From the IMG/VR virus record IMGVR_UViG_3300025018_000001: a stretch of DNA of 64,000 nucleotides. The stretch is one strand, 5' to 3'. The stretch's first letter is position 1, and every line of letters begins with the position of its first letter. The translations under genes were made by a program, and so were the position numbers. A model generated the notes under the pieces. It was not told where the DNA came from, ran no database searches, and worked only from the letters and a program-made list of their open reading frames with translations. Positions 28,707 through 36,960 of this stretch are shown here, piece after piece. Source of the stretch: a virus. Taxonomy: Duplodnaviria > Caudoviricetes.

Positions 28707-28778
28707 AGGGATGTAACTCAATGGTAGAGTACCAGGTTTTGAGCCTGGGAGTTGTAGGTTCAAGTCCTACCGTCCCCG
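28707..28778 (+). tRNA. tRNA-Gln(UUG)
   Basis: CCAGG-TTTTGAG-CCTGG anticodon arm, GTAGG-TTCAAGT-CCTAC, G73, unpaired 1:72. Confidence 0.9.
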
Positions 28779-28780
28779 AA

Positions 28781-28915
28781 TAATACAACAAAGGTATACG
28801 TGTAAGAAACATAAGAGAAATAGATGGTACTCTGGCTGAGTACATACTCACTGCGCTACCCGTGCAGAGTGACATTAGGTTATATAGACTCTTAGGCCTC
28901 GTTATTGTTGTATTA
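28781..28915 (+). ncRNA. ~135-nt structured RNA between tRNA-Gln and tRNA-His
   Basis: TAATACAACAA/TTGTTGTATTA 11-bp closing stem; inner hairpins GTACTC/GAGTAC and TCACTGC/GCAGAGTGA. Confidence 0.5.
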
Positions 28916-28923
28916 GTTTTGCA

Positions 28924-28994
28924 GTGGGGTTAGCTCAATTGGTCAGAGCACCTGGTTGTGGCCCAGGAGAAGGGGTTCGAGTCCCCGCCTCACC
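28924..28994 (+). tRNA. tRNA-His(GUG), 4-bp T stem
   Basis: GCTC/GAGC D arm, CCTGG-TTGTGGC-CCAGG, GGGG-TTCGAGT-CCCC, C73. Confidence 0.82.
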
Positions 28995-29003
28995 CAATTT
29001 AGT

Positions 29004-29366
29004 ATAGTTAAGGAGGTAGGCTTAGAAGCAGCTATTGGTACAAGGAACTAAATACATTGCCAAATGTTGTAGTTTTTCAGGGCCAGCGTAGTTAAACTAG
29101 CTAAAAAACTAGGGAGAACTATTGCCTTTAAAGAGTAGATCGTGATACTTGGAACAGTATACTAGGTAGAGGAAACCTACCATAGCTGTTCCCTCTTACA
29201 GATGTGGGTCAGATCCAAAGATGAACTCTTGGGCAGGGCTGTAAGATGCGCTGCGGAGTCGTTCACCAGTGACTGTGAGTAATGAGTGGTTGCCTACTTG
29301 ATGATACACACACTGCGAAGTTAGACGCAACCATGGATTTTTTGGCGTAACAGCACACTTTTCTAT
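29004..29366 (+). ncRNA. ~365-nt RNA containing a split mimic of the 23S rRNA L11-binding GTPase-associated centre
   Basis: AAGGAGGTAGGCTTAGAAGCAGCTAT (29010-29035), CCTTTAAAGAGT (29125-29136) and GCGTAACAGCACACTT (29345-29360) in rRNA order, with self-paired inserts. Confidence 0.75.
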
Positions 29367-29388
29367 TCTAATTTTACGGAGAAACTTT

Positions 29389-29640
29389 ATGGGCAAGACG
29401 TGTAAGTTTTGTTTAAGTGAAGATTTAATACCAGTACATGATCATTACATCTTTTGTGCCAACTGTACAGCTATCTATACATCTATGATATTAATATCAA
29501 AATCTTGTGAACATATAAACGATGGTTCTATATCTGTTGATAGAGTGCCTTGGTATAAGGAACTCAGACAAACGTTCCCATATATAATAGATGATAAATG
29601 CTCTGAGTGTGGAAAAGAAGCAATCGCTGATGGATGGTAA
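29389..29640 (+). CDS. Small Cys-rich (Zn-ribbon-like) protein
   Basis: CKFC, CANC, CSEC; GGAG SD. Confidence 0.6.
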   Translation: MGKTCKFCLSEDLIPVHDHYIFCANCTAIYTSMILISKSCEHINDGSISVDRVPWYKELRQTFPYIIDDKCSECGKEAIADGW

Positions 29641-29652
29641 ATTTATTATGAG

Positions 29653-29922
29653 GTGTTTATGGATCTTTTAGAATTTTTTGATATTTATAATATAAATCAT
29701 TTAATTGCCTACAAATATCTAACAGAAACAGGTACATGGCCGGAGGGATTTATACCCGACAAATGTATATTGTCTAATGTATGGCAGTATCAGCTAGCGG
29801 CAAAAATGGCTGTAGCTTATGTAAATCTTGGTGTAGCAGGTAAAATACCAAGTATACTAGAGGAATCTGCCAGAATGACAAAGGAAGAAGAGGATGAAAT
29901 AATAAGAAGGGGTTACTTCTAA
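29653..29922 (+). CDS. Hypothetical protein (89 aa)
   Basis: GAGGTG SD. Confidence 0.6.
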   Translation: MFMDLLEFFDIYNINHLIAYKYLTETGTWPEGFIPDKCILSNVWQYQLAAKMAVAYVNLGVAGKIPSILEESARMTKEEEDEIIRRGYF

Positions 29923-29951
29923 CAAACTAATATAGGATTAAAGGAGAAGGA

Positions 29952-30542
29952 ATGTGGTATAATTTTTTTATTATTGGTGGTATATGGTTCTGGCTTCTGT
30001 TTGCATTAGAAATGTGCTCTTTATTTTATTATACATACAATGAGGATACTGCAGAGTCATGTATAAGTTTTGTAATCTTCCTTGCTATTATACATTTATT
30101 TGGTGACGCCTCTTTATTTACGTACATTCAGAATAATAGTATGGATACTCTACGCTATATATCATTATATCTTGGTATTGGTGTAGGTTTCTACTTTTTT
30201 TACTCTGCGTACAAAATGTTTACGTTTAAAATGTATGCTAGAGAACTTAAAGAAAAGTGGGGGAAAATTACTAATACTGATGAATCATGGGAAAAATATT
30301 TCTCTGCCGCAGTATCAGTTAAAGAAAGAAAAAAAGCCAGCTTAGACTATTACAAAGAAAGAGCACCGTTATGGATTATATGGTGGCCAGTAGTATCTAT
30401 TACCGCTTTGTTAGGCGACTTCCTGGTTAATTGTGTGAAGTATACATACACGTTATTTTTTGAACGTATAATCAAAAAGATGCATGGTGCCATTTTAGGT
30501 AACTCTATACCTCCAGAAGATCCTATGAGTAAAAGATGGTAG
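29952..30542 (+). CDS. Membrane protein (196 aa)
   Basis: Several hydrophobic segments; AAGGAG SD. Confidence 0.7.
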   Translation: MWYNFFIIGGIWFWLLFALEMCSLFYYTYNEDTAESCISFVIFLAIIHLFGDASLFTYIQNNSMDTLRYISLYLGIGVGFYFFYSAYKMFTFKMYARELKEKWGKITNTDESWEKYFSAAVSVKERKKASLDYYKERAPLWIIWWPVVSITALLGDFLVNCVKYTYTLFFERIIKKMHGAILGNSIPPEDPMSKRW

Positions 30543-30548
30543 TAAGCT

Positions 30549-30755
30549 ATGCATAAATTTCCCGAAGAAAAACCAAAAGAAAACCTATCTGTCATTGCTT
30601 ATACAAAAAATGGTGGTATTTACCTAGCTAATTACAGAAAATCACTTACATGGTCTGGTTATAAAATGCAATTTATCAATACACTTAGTAGAGGTTTTGC
30701 TATAGATCAAGTAATAGGTTGGAATAGAATTCCACAAACAACGGATACACTATGA
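30549..30755 (+). CDS. Small DUF551-like phage protein
   Basis: FPEEKP...V-x-x-W-x-x-IP pattern. Confidence 0.45.
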   Translation: MHKFPEEKPKENLSVIAYTKNGGIYLANYRKSLTWSGYKMQFINTLSRGFAIDQVIGWNRIPQTTDTL

Positions 30756-30789
30756 CAATATAAAATATAACTTGACAAAGTAATATAAA

Positions 30790-31104
30790 ATGTATATACA
30801 GTTAAAAGATAAAGATAATTTCAAATCAGGTGTCTTGTATATTCATTGTGATACAGAAGAGTTCCTTGCTCAGATAAACAAATGGTTAGTTGAATTAAAA
30901 GACTGGGTGGCATCTACTGTATATTCTGGTATGCCACTTAGTAGATTTGACCCAGAAGTAGCTATGGTTGATTTGATATGGTATCTTTGTAAGTACTACG
31001 ATGAAACAAGTATGCTAAGAGAAAAAGGAAGGATAATTGGTACGTTTAGATTGGTACCTTACTCAGTAGCCGATAAAGATATTACTACTATACTATTGAA
31101 TTAG
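30790..31104 (+). CDS. Hypothetical protein (104 aa)
   Basis: ORF only. Confidence 0.6.
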   Translation: MYIQLKDKDNFKSGVLYIHCDTEEFLAQINKWLVELKDWVASTVYSGMPLSRFDPEVAMVDLIWYLCKYYDETSMLREKGRIIGTFRLVPYSVADKDITTILLN

Positions 31105-31126
31105 TTTAAAAATTTTAAGGAGTGGA

Positions 31127-31504
31127 ATGAAAACATTTAATATTTATGCAAATCCTCAGAAGCAGTATAAGGCAGTTAAAATTGGATGGTCTTGGCCAGG
31201 ATTCTTTTTTTGTATTGTTTGGGCATTGATTAAACAGATGTGGGCAGTTGCAGGAATTCTTTTTGCAGTATTTTTTGTTATTGGAATGCTTACGGCTGGA
31301 ATGCCCGAAGATGTTTCTAACGGTTTGCTTAATATTTTATCATTGGGTGCTTCTCTCCTAGTTGGTTTTCAAGGAAACAATTGGGTCAGAGCTAACTTGC
31401 TTTCTCGTGGATATGAGTTGATAGACACTGTAACAGCTACTAATAAGGAAGCAGCTATTGCCTTATTCCTTAGATCTTCATCACCAGTAGCAGTAGCAGC
31501 ATAA
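31127..31504 (+). CDS. DUF2628-like membrane protein
   Basis: AVKIGWSWPGFFF...WAL...GNNW...L-x-x-RGY. Confidence 0.8.
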   Translation: MKTFNIYANPQKQYKAVKIGWSWPGFFFCIVWALIKQMWAVAGILFAVFFVIGMLTAGMPEDVSNGLLNILSLGASLLVGFQGNNWVRANLLSRGYELIDTVTATNKEAAIALFLRSSSPVAVAA

Positions 31505-31512
31505 AGTTGTGG

Positions 31513-31585
31513 GCGCCTGTAGCTCAGTGGATAGAGCATTTGCCTTCTAAGCAAAAAGTCGTTGGTTCGAGTCCAACCCGGCGTA
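31513..31585 (+). tRNA. tRNA-Arg(UCU)
   Basis: TTTGC-CTTCTAA-GCAAA, GTTGG-TTCGAGT-CCAAC. Confidence 0.92.
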
Positions 31586-31601
31586 AATTTAAGATGTACC
31601 T

Positions 31602-31674
31602 ACTCCTATACCTCAATTGGTTAGAGGGCACGCCTTATAAGCGTGTCATATGGGTTCAATCCCCGTTGGGAGTA
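31602..31674 (+). tRNA. tRNA-Ile(UAU)
   Basis: ACTCCTA/TGGGAGT, CCTC/GAGG, CACGC-CTTATAA-GCGTG, A73. Confidence 0.9.
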
Positions 31675-31689
31675 AATGATATTAAACTA

Positions 31690-31724
31690 ACTTCCTATAT
31701 AGTAAATCGAACTATATAGGAGGT
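31690..31724 (+). promoter_or_regulatory. Hairpin sequestering the RBS of the HNH gene
   Basis: ACTTCCTATATAG / CTATATAGGAGGT; the GGAGGT SD lies in the 3' strand. Confidence 0.65.
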
Positions 31725-31729
31725 GTCTG

Positions 31730-32302
31730 ATGGTATGTGAGAATTGTGGTTCAATCCATGATGGTAATTATGGCTCAGGAAGGTTTTGTTGTGAAAAATG
31801 TGCAAGAAGTTTCTCAACAAAATTTAATCGAGAAGAAACAAACAGAAAAGTAAGTAAAACTCTTGGTGGTAAATGCTATAAGCCTAAAGAGAAATATTGT
31901 TTATACTGTGGTGATAAGTTAAGCAGCACTGCTAAAAAGTTTTGTAATAACAATAGTTGTATGCATGAGTACGCATATTTATTAAATGTAAATAGTTGGT
32001 TACTTAATGTATATGACTTTAAAGATGTAATGAAGTGTCCAGAATTTATAAGAGACTATTTATTAGATAAATATAATAATAGCTGTTCTCTTTGTGGTTG
32101 GAAAGAAGTAAATCCATTGCTAAAAAGACCAATATTAGAAATAGAGCATATAGATGGTAATTGTATGGATCATTCTTATAAGAATGTTACATTACTGTGT
32201 CCAAACTGTCATACTTTAACCCCAACTTATAGAGGATTAAATATAAATAATCCAAAAAGAGATAAACGTATAACTTACGGTGGACGTTCTTTTAAAAAAT
32301 AA
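31730..32302 (+). CDS. HNH endonuclease (free-standing, adjacent to tRNAs)
   Basis: N-terminal CENC/CCEKC, CSLCGW, LEIEHIDGN, LLCPNCH. Confidence 0.9.
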   Translation: MVCENCGSIHDGNYGSGRFCCEKCARSFSTKFNREETNRKVSKTLGGKCYKPKEKYCLYCGDKLSSTAKKFCNNNSCMHEYAYLLNVNSWLLNVYDFKDVMKCPEFIRDYLLDKYNNSCSLCGWKEVNPLLKRPILEIEHIDGNCMDHSYKNVTLLCPNCHTLTPTYRGLNINNPKRDKRITYGGRSFKK

Positions 32303-32328
32303 CAATAAAAATTAATCATTGGTGCTTT

Positions 32329-32640
32329 ATGAAGACTAAATACAGTAATCTTCTAGGGTTTAGAGTGATAGAGAAAGCGTCTTTAGTTGAAGACGGGCCA
32401 TTAGTAATTGTAAAAAGATCAATGATTAACAGATTATTTTCCTGGCCTTGGCGACCTATGGTCAAAGAGGAAGCGGTGGTAAGTAAAAGGCCGTCTAAAA
32501 TAATACATAAAGCTGGTGATTTTTTAATAATGCACCCGCTTGTGGCAAAGAAACTAAGATTTTACATAAGATGTAACAAATACTCTCTCGTAAGAATTTA
32601 TTTATTACAATACATGAAAGAACACGATAGTAAAATATAG
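32329..32640 (+). CDS. Hypothetical protein (103 aa)
   Basis: ORF only. Confidence 0.55.
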   Translation: MKTKYSNLLGFRVIEKASLVEDGPLVIVKRSMINRLFSWPWRPMVKEEAVVSKRPSKIIHKAGDFLIMHPLVAKKLRFYIRCNKYSLVRIYLLQYMKEHDSKI

Positions 32641-32649
32641 GGAGATACT

Positions 32650-33114
32650 ATGAATTTCAATGTAACTTTTTCAACTAATACTTCTGATGAAAGTCTTGTC
32701 GAAAAAATGGGACGTCCAGGGTTAGATTTACTGGATGTTGTTAGAGAAGAAAATCCAGAAACTAAAACATTACCTGCTCACAGCTTCTATATTAATAATG
32801 GGTGTCCAATAAACGGGTCAGACCTTTGTGTAGAGTTGACAGAAGCACAGGCTAGAGCTTCTGGGCATTTTAATGCAGACACAAGTGTGGATGTGCAGGT
32901 AGAGGAACATGCATTCTCGAAATATGTAATTAATACATTAGAAAAGAATTATAGTGAATCTGCTTCAGAGTTACGTATATGTGGTATTAATACTGGCATG
33001 TTTAAAGAGAAAACAAAACGGCTTGACCATGTGCGGGTCGATAACAAGTTTGATTATGACGCACTTAGAAGTGATTGGGCAGCTGCTGGACATCCTCTTA
33101 ATTGGAAACAGTAG
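32650..33114 (+). CDS. Hypothetical protein (154 aa)
   Basis: GGGAG SD. Confidence 0.7.
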   Translation: MNFNVTFSTNTSDESLVEKMGRPGLDLLDVVREENPETKTLPAHSFYINNGCPINGSDLCVELTEAQARASGHFNADTSVDVQVEEHAFSKYVINTLEKNYSESASELRICGINTGMFKEKTKRLDHVRVDNKFDYDALRSDWAAAGHPLNWKQ

Positions 33115-33635
33115 CCATGATATTTAATCCAAGAATACATACAAGTAAAATGAGTCATCCAAAAAGTGCTGACCATAAAAGATACTTTGTATATAAAGAA
33201 GGTAAATGTTACTTGGAAGGTGCTTGTTTAGACACAATGCATACCTTTGTATCACAAAGACGTGAATCACTTGGTATAGATAAAAAAGTAGTAGTATTAA
33301 GAACAAACCTTTTTACTACACTCAGAGATGCTGGTTACATAGTTGAGTCTGTGACGGCTTCTTATGATGCTTTGGTAAAAGAATTTTTAGAAGACAAAGA
33401 AAAATGTAGACAAAAGTATAAAGATGATTTATACTCTTGGTTAGGTATACTCGATATGAGTAAAGAAACTTTTGAAAAGTTTTATGACTTAGCTAAACTA
33501 CTAGGCGATATCGAAACCTTTGAATTTGGTTATGAAGAAAGTAGATACGATGAAAAACACAAAGCATTTGAAGAAGATTTAAAAGAGCTTGTAGGTGTAG
33601 GATTGTCCTTAGTTAAGGATTTAAGACAACGATAA
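33102..33635 (+). CDS. Hypothetical protein (~170 aa)
   Basis: ORF; true start may be the ATG at 33118. Confidence 0.65.
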   Translation: METVAMIFNPRIHTSKMSHPKSADHKRYFVYKEGKCYLEGACLDTMHTFVSQRRESLGIDKKVVVLRTNLFTTLRDAGYIVESVTASYDALVKEFLEDKEKCRQKYKDDLYSWLGILDMSKETFEKFYDLAKLLGDIETFEFGYEESRYDEKHKAFEEDLKELVGVGLSLVKDLRQR

Positions 33636-33651
33636 TAGGTAAAGGTGACAC

Positions 33652-33804
33652 ATGAGAAGAACTAGTACAAAGAAGATAAAGAATCGTAAAATTAATCAAA
33701 TGTCAAAAGCAACTTTAACTGAGTTCATAAAAGATCTTGAAAAAGATAATCAAGTAAACAGTAAAGTGTATGCAATGGCTAAAAACCAGTTGCTGAATAA
33801 ATAA
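33652..33804 (+). CDS. Small basic protein (50 aa, not in ORF track)
   Basis: AAAGGTG SD, ATG at 33652, MRRTSTKKIKNRK... Confidence 0.55.
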   Translation: MRRTSTKKIKNRKINQMSKATLTEFIKDLEKDNQVNSKVYAMAKNQLLNK

Positions 33805-33819
33805 CACCAAAACACTTAG

Positions 33820-34461
33820 GTGACCCTTATGAGAGTACTTTATATTGTCTTTCTATTTTTATTGCTGTCTTGTCAACAAGTATTTGCAACTATAATTCGT
33901 GAAAATGGTTGTACTTATGACTGCCATGAAGAGTCAAGAACTTATGAGCAGCACTACACAACGTACAAGGAAATAAAACATCTTGACTTTGTTAAAGAGA
34001 TGCAGTATTTTGAAAGAACATCAACCCCTGTTATAGGGCCAAATGAAGTACTCCATGATTGTAAAGATTATAAAGACTGGGATAACATAGTAGAAGACAC
34101 TAACAGAGGTAAATCTACTGGTTATAAAGTTGTAGATAATAAACTTTTTACCAATGAAGGTAAGAGATATCTACGTTGTAATGACCCAGCTAACGAGAAG
34201 TGGATTAAAAGATGGACAGAAGAAGTAGAGATTGTTAAACCTATTGAATGGTCTGAATTTATACCTATTGATAATATAGACTATCTTACTATCAGTAAAT
34301 GGGTATGTGTTCCTATTCCTAACTACTTTCACAGTAGTGGTGGTGGATATCATCATGGTGGAGGTGGTGGTGGAACACAACCTGTGCCTGAGCCAGCAAC
34401 TATGCTTTTGTTCGGTACTGGGCTTGTAGGTCTTGCATCTATTAAAAAATTTGGTAAGTGA
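33820..34461 (+). CDS. Secreted PEP-CTERM (exosortase-targeted) protein
   Basis: N-terminal signal peptide; Gly linker then VPEPATMLLFGTGLVGLA plus basic tail. Confidence 0.88.
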   Translation: MTLMRVLYIVFLFLLLSCQQVFATIIRENGCTYDCHEESRTYEQHYTTYKEIKHLDFVKEMQYFERTSTPVIGPNEVLHDCKDYKDWDNIVEDTNRGKSTGYKVVDNKLFTNEGKRYLRCNDPANEKWIKRWTEEVEIVKPIEWSEFIPIDNIDYLTISKWVCVPIPNYFHSSGGGYHHGGGGGGTQPVPEPATMLLFGTGLVGLASIKKFGK

Positions 34462-34505
34462 GGTTTTTTGGGTGGTGGCTTACCGAAAAATAAAAAGGAT
34501 TAAAA

Positions 34506-34982
34506 ATGTATAGTAAGGCACTACGTAAAATTTATATAGTAACATGTGGCTTTTTAATTGGTATACTTGGCATCATCGGAACGTATTATGGTATAGCCAA
34601 ATACAATAAACTACACACAGAATTTTTGTTTGTATATAAAGTACTACCTGTATTAATTATACTAGACCCAGATCATTATATTATACATGGTGATACTTCC
34701 GTGGGTAGTCAGATGGGTGCAGTGTTACTTATAGAAGATGTTAATGATCCAAATACACTCAGGCATGAGTTAATTCATGTAAAACAACAATATCGTACCT
34801 TATTTATGTATAGCAGTTTTATGTATTGGACAAATGCAGAATACAGATTACGTGCAGAATATGAAGCTTACGCCGCAGAACAAAATACTTCCCAAGATGT
34901 AATAATAGATTCACTTTATAATTACTACAACTTAGGTATGACAAAGGAACAAATAACTTCTTTTATAAGTAGTTACAATTAA
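34506..34982 (+). CDS. Membrane-anchored zincin-like metalloprotease domain protein
   Basis: LRHELIHVKQ (HExxH) and downstream EYEAY. Confidence 0.65.
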   Translation: MYSKALRKIYIVTCGFLIGILGIIGTYYGIAKYNKLHTEFLFVYKVLPVLIILDPDHYIIHGDTSVGSQMGAVLLIEDVNDPNTLRHELIHVKQQYRTLFMYSSFMYWTNAEYRLRAEYEAYAAEQNTSQDVIIDSLYNYYNLGMTKEQITSFISSYN

Positions 34983-35013
34983 CCATAAAATATTAACAAC
35001 GAGGAGTAAAGGC

Positions 35014-35286
35014 ATGGCAAAGGAACAGAAACCAACTACACTGAGAGACATGGCCGCAGGATTATTCGTATCGGCACCGCCTAAAAAGAAAACGTATTCT
35101 CAGATTGTATCGAAGTTCAACGAGACTCGTGTTGAATTACAGGAACTTGTTGCTGACAGTGAAGCAGCTATTATACAAATTGAAGAAGACATCAAAGAGC
35201 TTGAAGTTGAGAAAACTGAAGTTCTTGAAGAAAAAAGTAACGCCATTACTACACTTGACTTTCTTGACAAGTTTGTAAAAGGTTAA
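35014..35286 (+). CDS. Coiled-coil hypothetical protein (90 aa)
   Basis: GAGGAG SD. Confidence 0.7.
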   Translation: MAKEQKPTTLRDMAAGLFVSAPPKKKTYSQIVSKFNETRVELQELVADSEAAIIQIEEDIKELEVEKTEVLEEKSNAITTLDFLDKFVKG

Positions 35287-35289
35287 TAC

Positions 35290-35484
35290 ATGTCTGATGA
35301 GCTACATACTGATGATATAGTATTTAGGCTTACCAAGAGAGCAGAGATTCGAAGACAAATAACAACGCGTAAAAGTGTAATTGAAGGTAAACCAGACCGT
35401 ATTTCAGACATATTGGAAGAGGCTGCAAAAGAAATTGTAGCTTTAAGATCTCACATATTGCTTTTAACCGCTGAAAAGCATTAA
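35290..35484 (+). CDS. Hypothetical protein (64 aa)
   Basis: ORF only. Confidence 0.6.
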   Translation: MSDELHTDDIVFRLTKRAEIRRQITTRKSVIEGKPDRISDILEEAAKEIVALRSHILLLTAEKH

Positions 35485-35490
35485 AAATGA

Positions 35491-35837
35491 TTGTCGTGGG
35501 TGGGGAAAGGATTGTATAAGGACTTTAAATCCGAAGGAAGTTTTCCATTTAGTAGACGCTAATAACTACTTGTATAAGTATGGAACGGCTAGTCACCGCG
35601 TGTGTATCGGCACACAACAATCCTGTATTACCACAACTAGTATGGTTACTCTGCTAGTTGTGTAAAAATGAGGAGTAACTATATAAAGTTTTAGTTTATA
35701 GTACATAAGCGATAATGCCTTAAAACTTTATGAAATAACTTAATAAATGACGCGACATATAAACTAGCGTAAGTCTTTGGCATTAGAGGCGATTGGTAAC
35801 AGTAGCCACCCTGCGACGCGTGAACTGGGTGGCTACT
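35491..35837 (+). ncRNA. Non-coding region with multibranch and pseudoknotted RNA structure
   Basis: AGGATTGT/ACAATCCT closing stem with several arms; stem 35683-93/35721-31 with loop pairings downstream; final 11-bp GC-rich hairpin. Confidence 0.45.
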
Positions 35838-35953
35838 AACCAATTTTTAATATTTGTACTAAGTGGTTTATGTTTCATAGCCATATAATGGGCCGGGACT
35901 CTCATTAACACTGCTGAACACTTTGATAAACTATTAAATATGAACCACTTATT

Positions 35954-36187
35954 ATGAATATTAAAAAATTAGATCTACATGGTATTAGACATGCAGATGT
36001 TAAGCAACTAGTTATACACTTCATTGAAGATAACTGGGGGTCAGAGGAAGATTTTGAAATAGTTACAGGACATAGTGCTAACATGAAGAGTATAGTTCTT
36101 AATGTACTAGATGAATACAAACTTCCATATACAGTTGGAGAAATATTCAACTCACTGGCACCTAAAATAACATTTTGGATGAAATAA
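35954..36187 (+). CDS. Stand-alone Smr-domain protein
   Basis: LDLHG, IVTGHS. Confidence 0.75.
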   Translation: MNIKKLDLHGIRHADVKQLVIHFIEDNWGSEEDFEIVTGHSANMKSIVLNVLDEYKLPYTVGEIFNSLAPKITFWMK

Positions 36188-36307
36188 TGAAAATAAAAGA
36201 TGTATGTTACACATGTGGTTATTTTGACCCAGACCTTGGTAAAGGAAAACGTTATAAATGTTTTACAGATAAGTGTCCAGTTAAAACGTTAGGGTCAGCC
36301 AAAGTAA

Positions 36308-36592
36308 GTGCTTTACTACGGGAGCACAAAAAGAATGCCAAAAAATAATTATATAGTATACGATTGGCTAGAAGTAAGAGATGCTACTGATTCTTTGTAC
36401 AAAAGATTATTTAATGTAAAAATAGATAATTTTGTTAAAGATGTCTGTAGCAATGGGTTGCCACATGCAATGACCTCCGTATTAGCTGCAGCTTTTGTAC
36501 ATGGTTTAATCAAAGAAGATGCAGATGTTGATAAAGTTATTAATGCTTATTTACAGTTAGAAGATGTGGGATTTATCGGTGTGAAAGAGTAA
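36308..36592 (+). CDS. Hypothetical protein
   Basis: ORF; likely ATG start near 36335. Confidence 0.5.
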   Translation: MLYYGSTKRMPKNNYIVYDWLEVRDATDSLYKRLFNVKIDNFVKDVCSNGLPHAMTSVLAAAFVHGLIKEDADVDKVINAYLQLEDVGFIGVKE

Positions 36593-36706
36593 AGATTTGT
36601 TGTGGTTAAAGATTATTTGTGCAGCTTGTGGCTGGGTTTTGTGGTCATTAATTAACTAACCTTACTAACTTACACTTAAAAGAGGTGACGTCATGTAACA
36701 TTTTAC

Positions 36707-36735
36707 TTGCATAATTAATAGAAATAGATTATAAT
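36707..36735 (+). promoter_or_regulatory. Sigma70-type promoter for the RNA cluster
   Basis: TTGCAT-N17-TATAAT. Confidence 0.7.
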
Positions 36736-36780
36736 AGAGGATATAAATGATAGTTAGAAGTAGTAGATAGTTTTAAATTT

Positions 36781-36858
36781 CGTATTACAGGTAGTGTTAA
36801 ACATGGTTACTTCAATTGGTGAAAAATACACCTTGTTTGTTAGTTCTCCTGTAATACG
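36781..36858 (+). ncRNA. Stand-alone Y-RNA-like element E
   Basis: CGTATTACAGG/CCTGTAATACG stem; TAGTGT...TGGTTACTTC...TTAGTTCT family motifs. Confidence 0.7.
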
Positions 36859-36863
36859 AGTTC

Positions 36864-36947
36864 GCGGGGGTGGTGGAATAGGTAGACACAAGGGACTTAA
36901 AATCCCTCGGCTGCAATGCCATGAGAGTTCAAGTCTCTCCCTCCGCA
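36864..36947 (+). tRNA. tRNA-Leu(UAA)
   Basis: AGGGA-CTTAAAA-TCCCT, long variable arm, GAGAG-TTCAAGT-CTCTC. Confidence 0.93.
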
Positions 36948-36960
36948 TACAATTAATAAT

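Noticed and set aside
29004-29366. rRNA gene fragment, RNase P RNA or group I intron
   Set aside because: Only 54 nt match 23S, in three separated pieces with no flanking rRNA; GAGGAAAC is not followed by the RNase P GUCC, and no CR-V or group I core was seen.
35491-35900. tmRNA gene
   Set aside because: A tag-like frame and pseudoknots are present, but there is no GGGG-type 5' end, no T arm or CCA end, and the codon after ATAACT is a stop.
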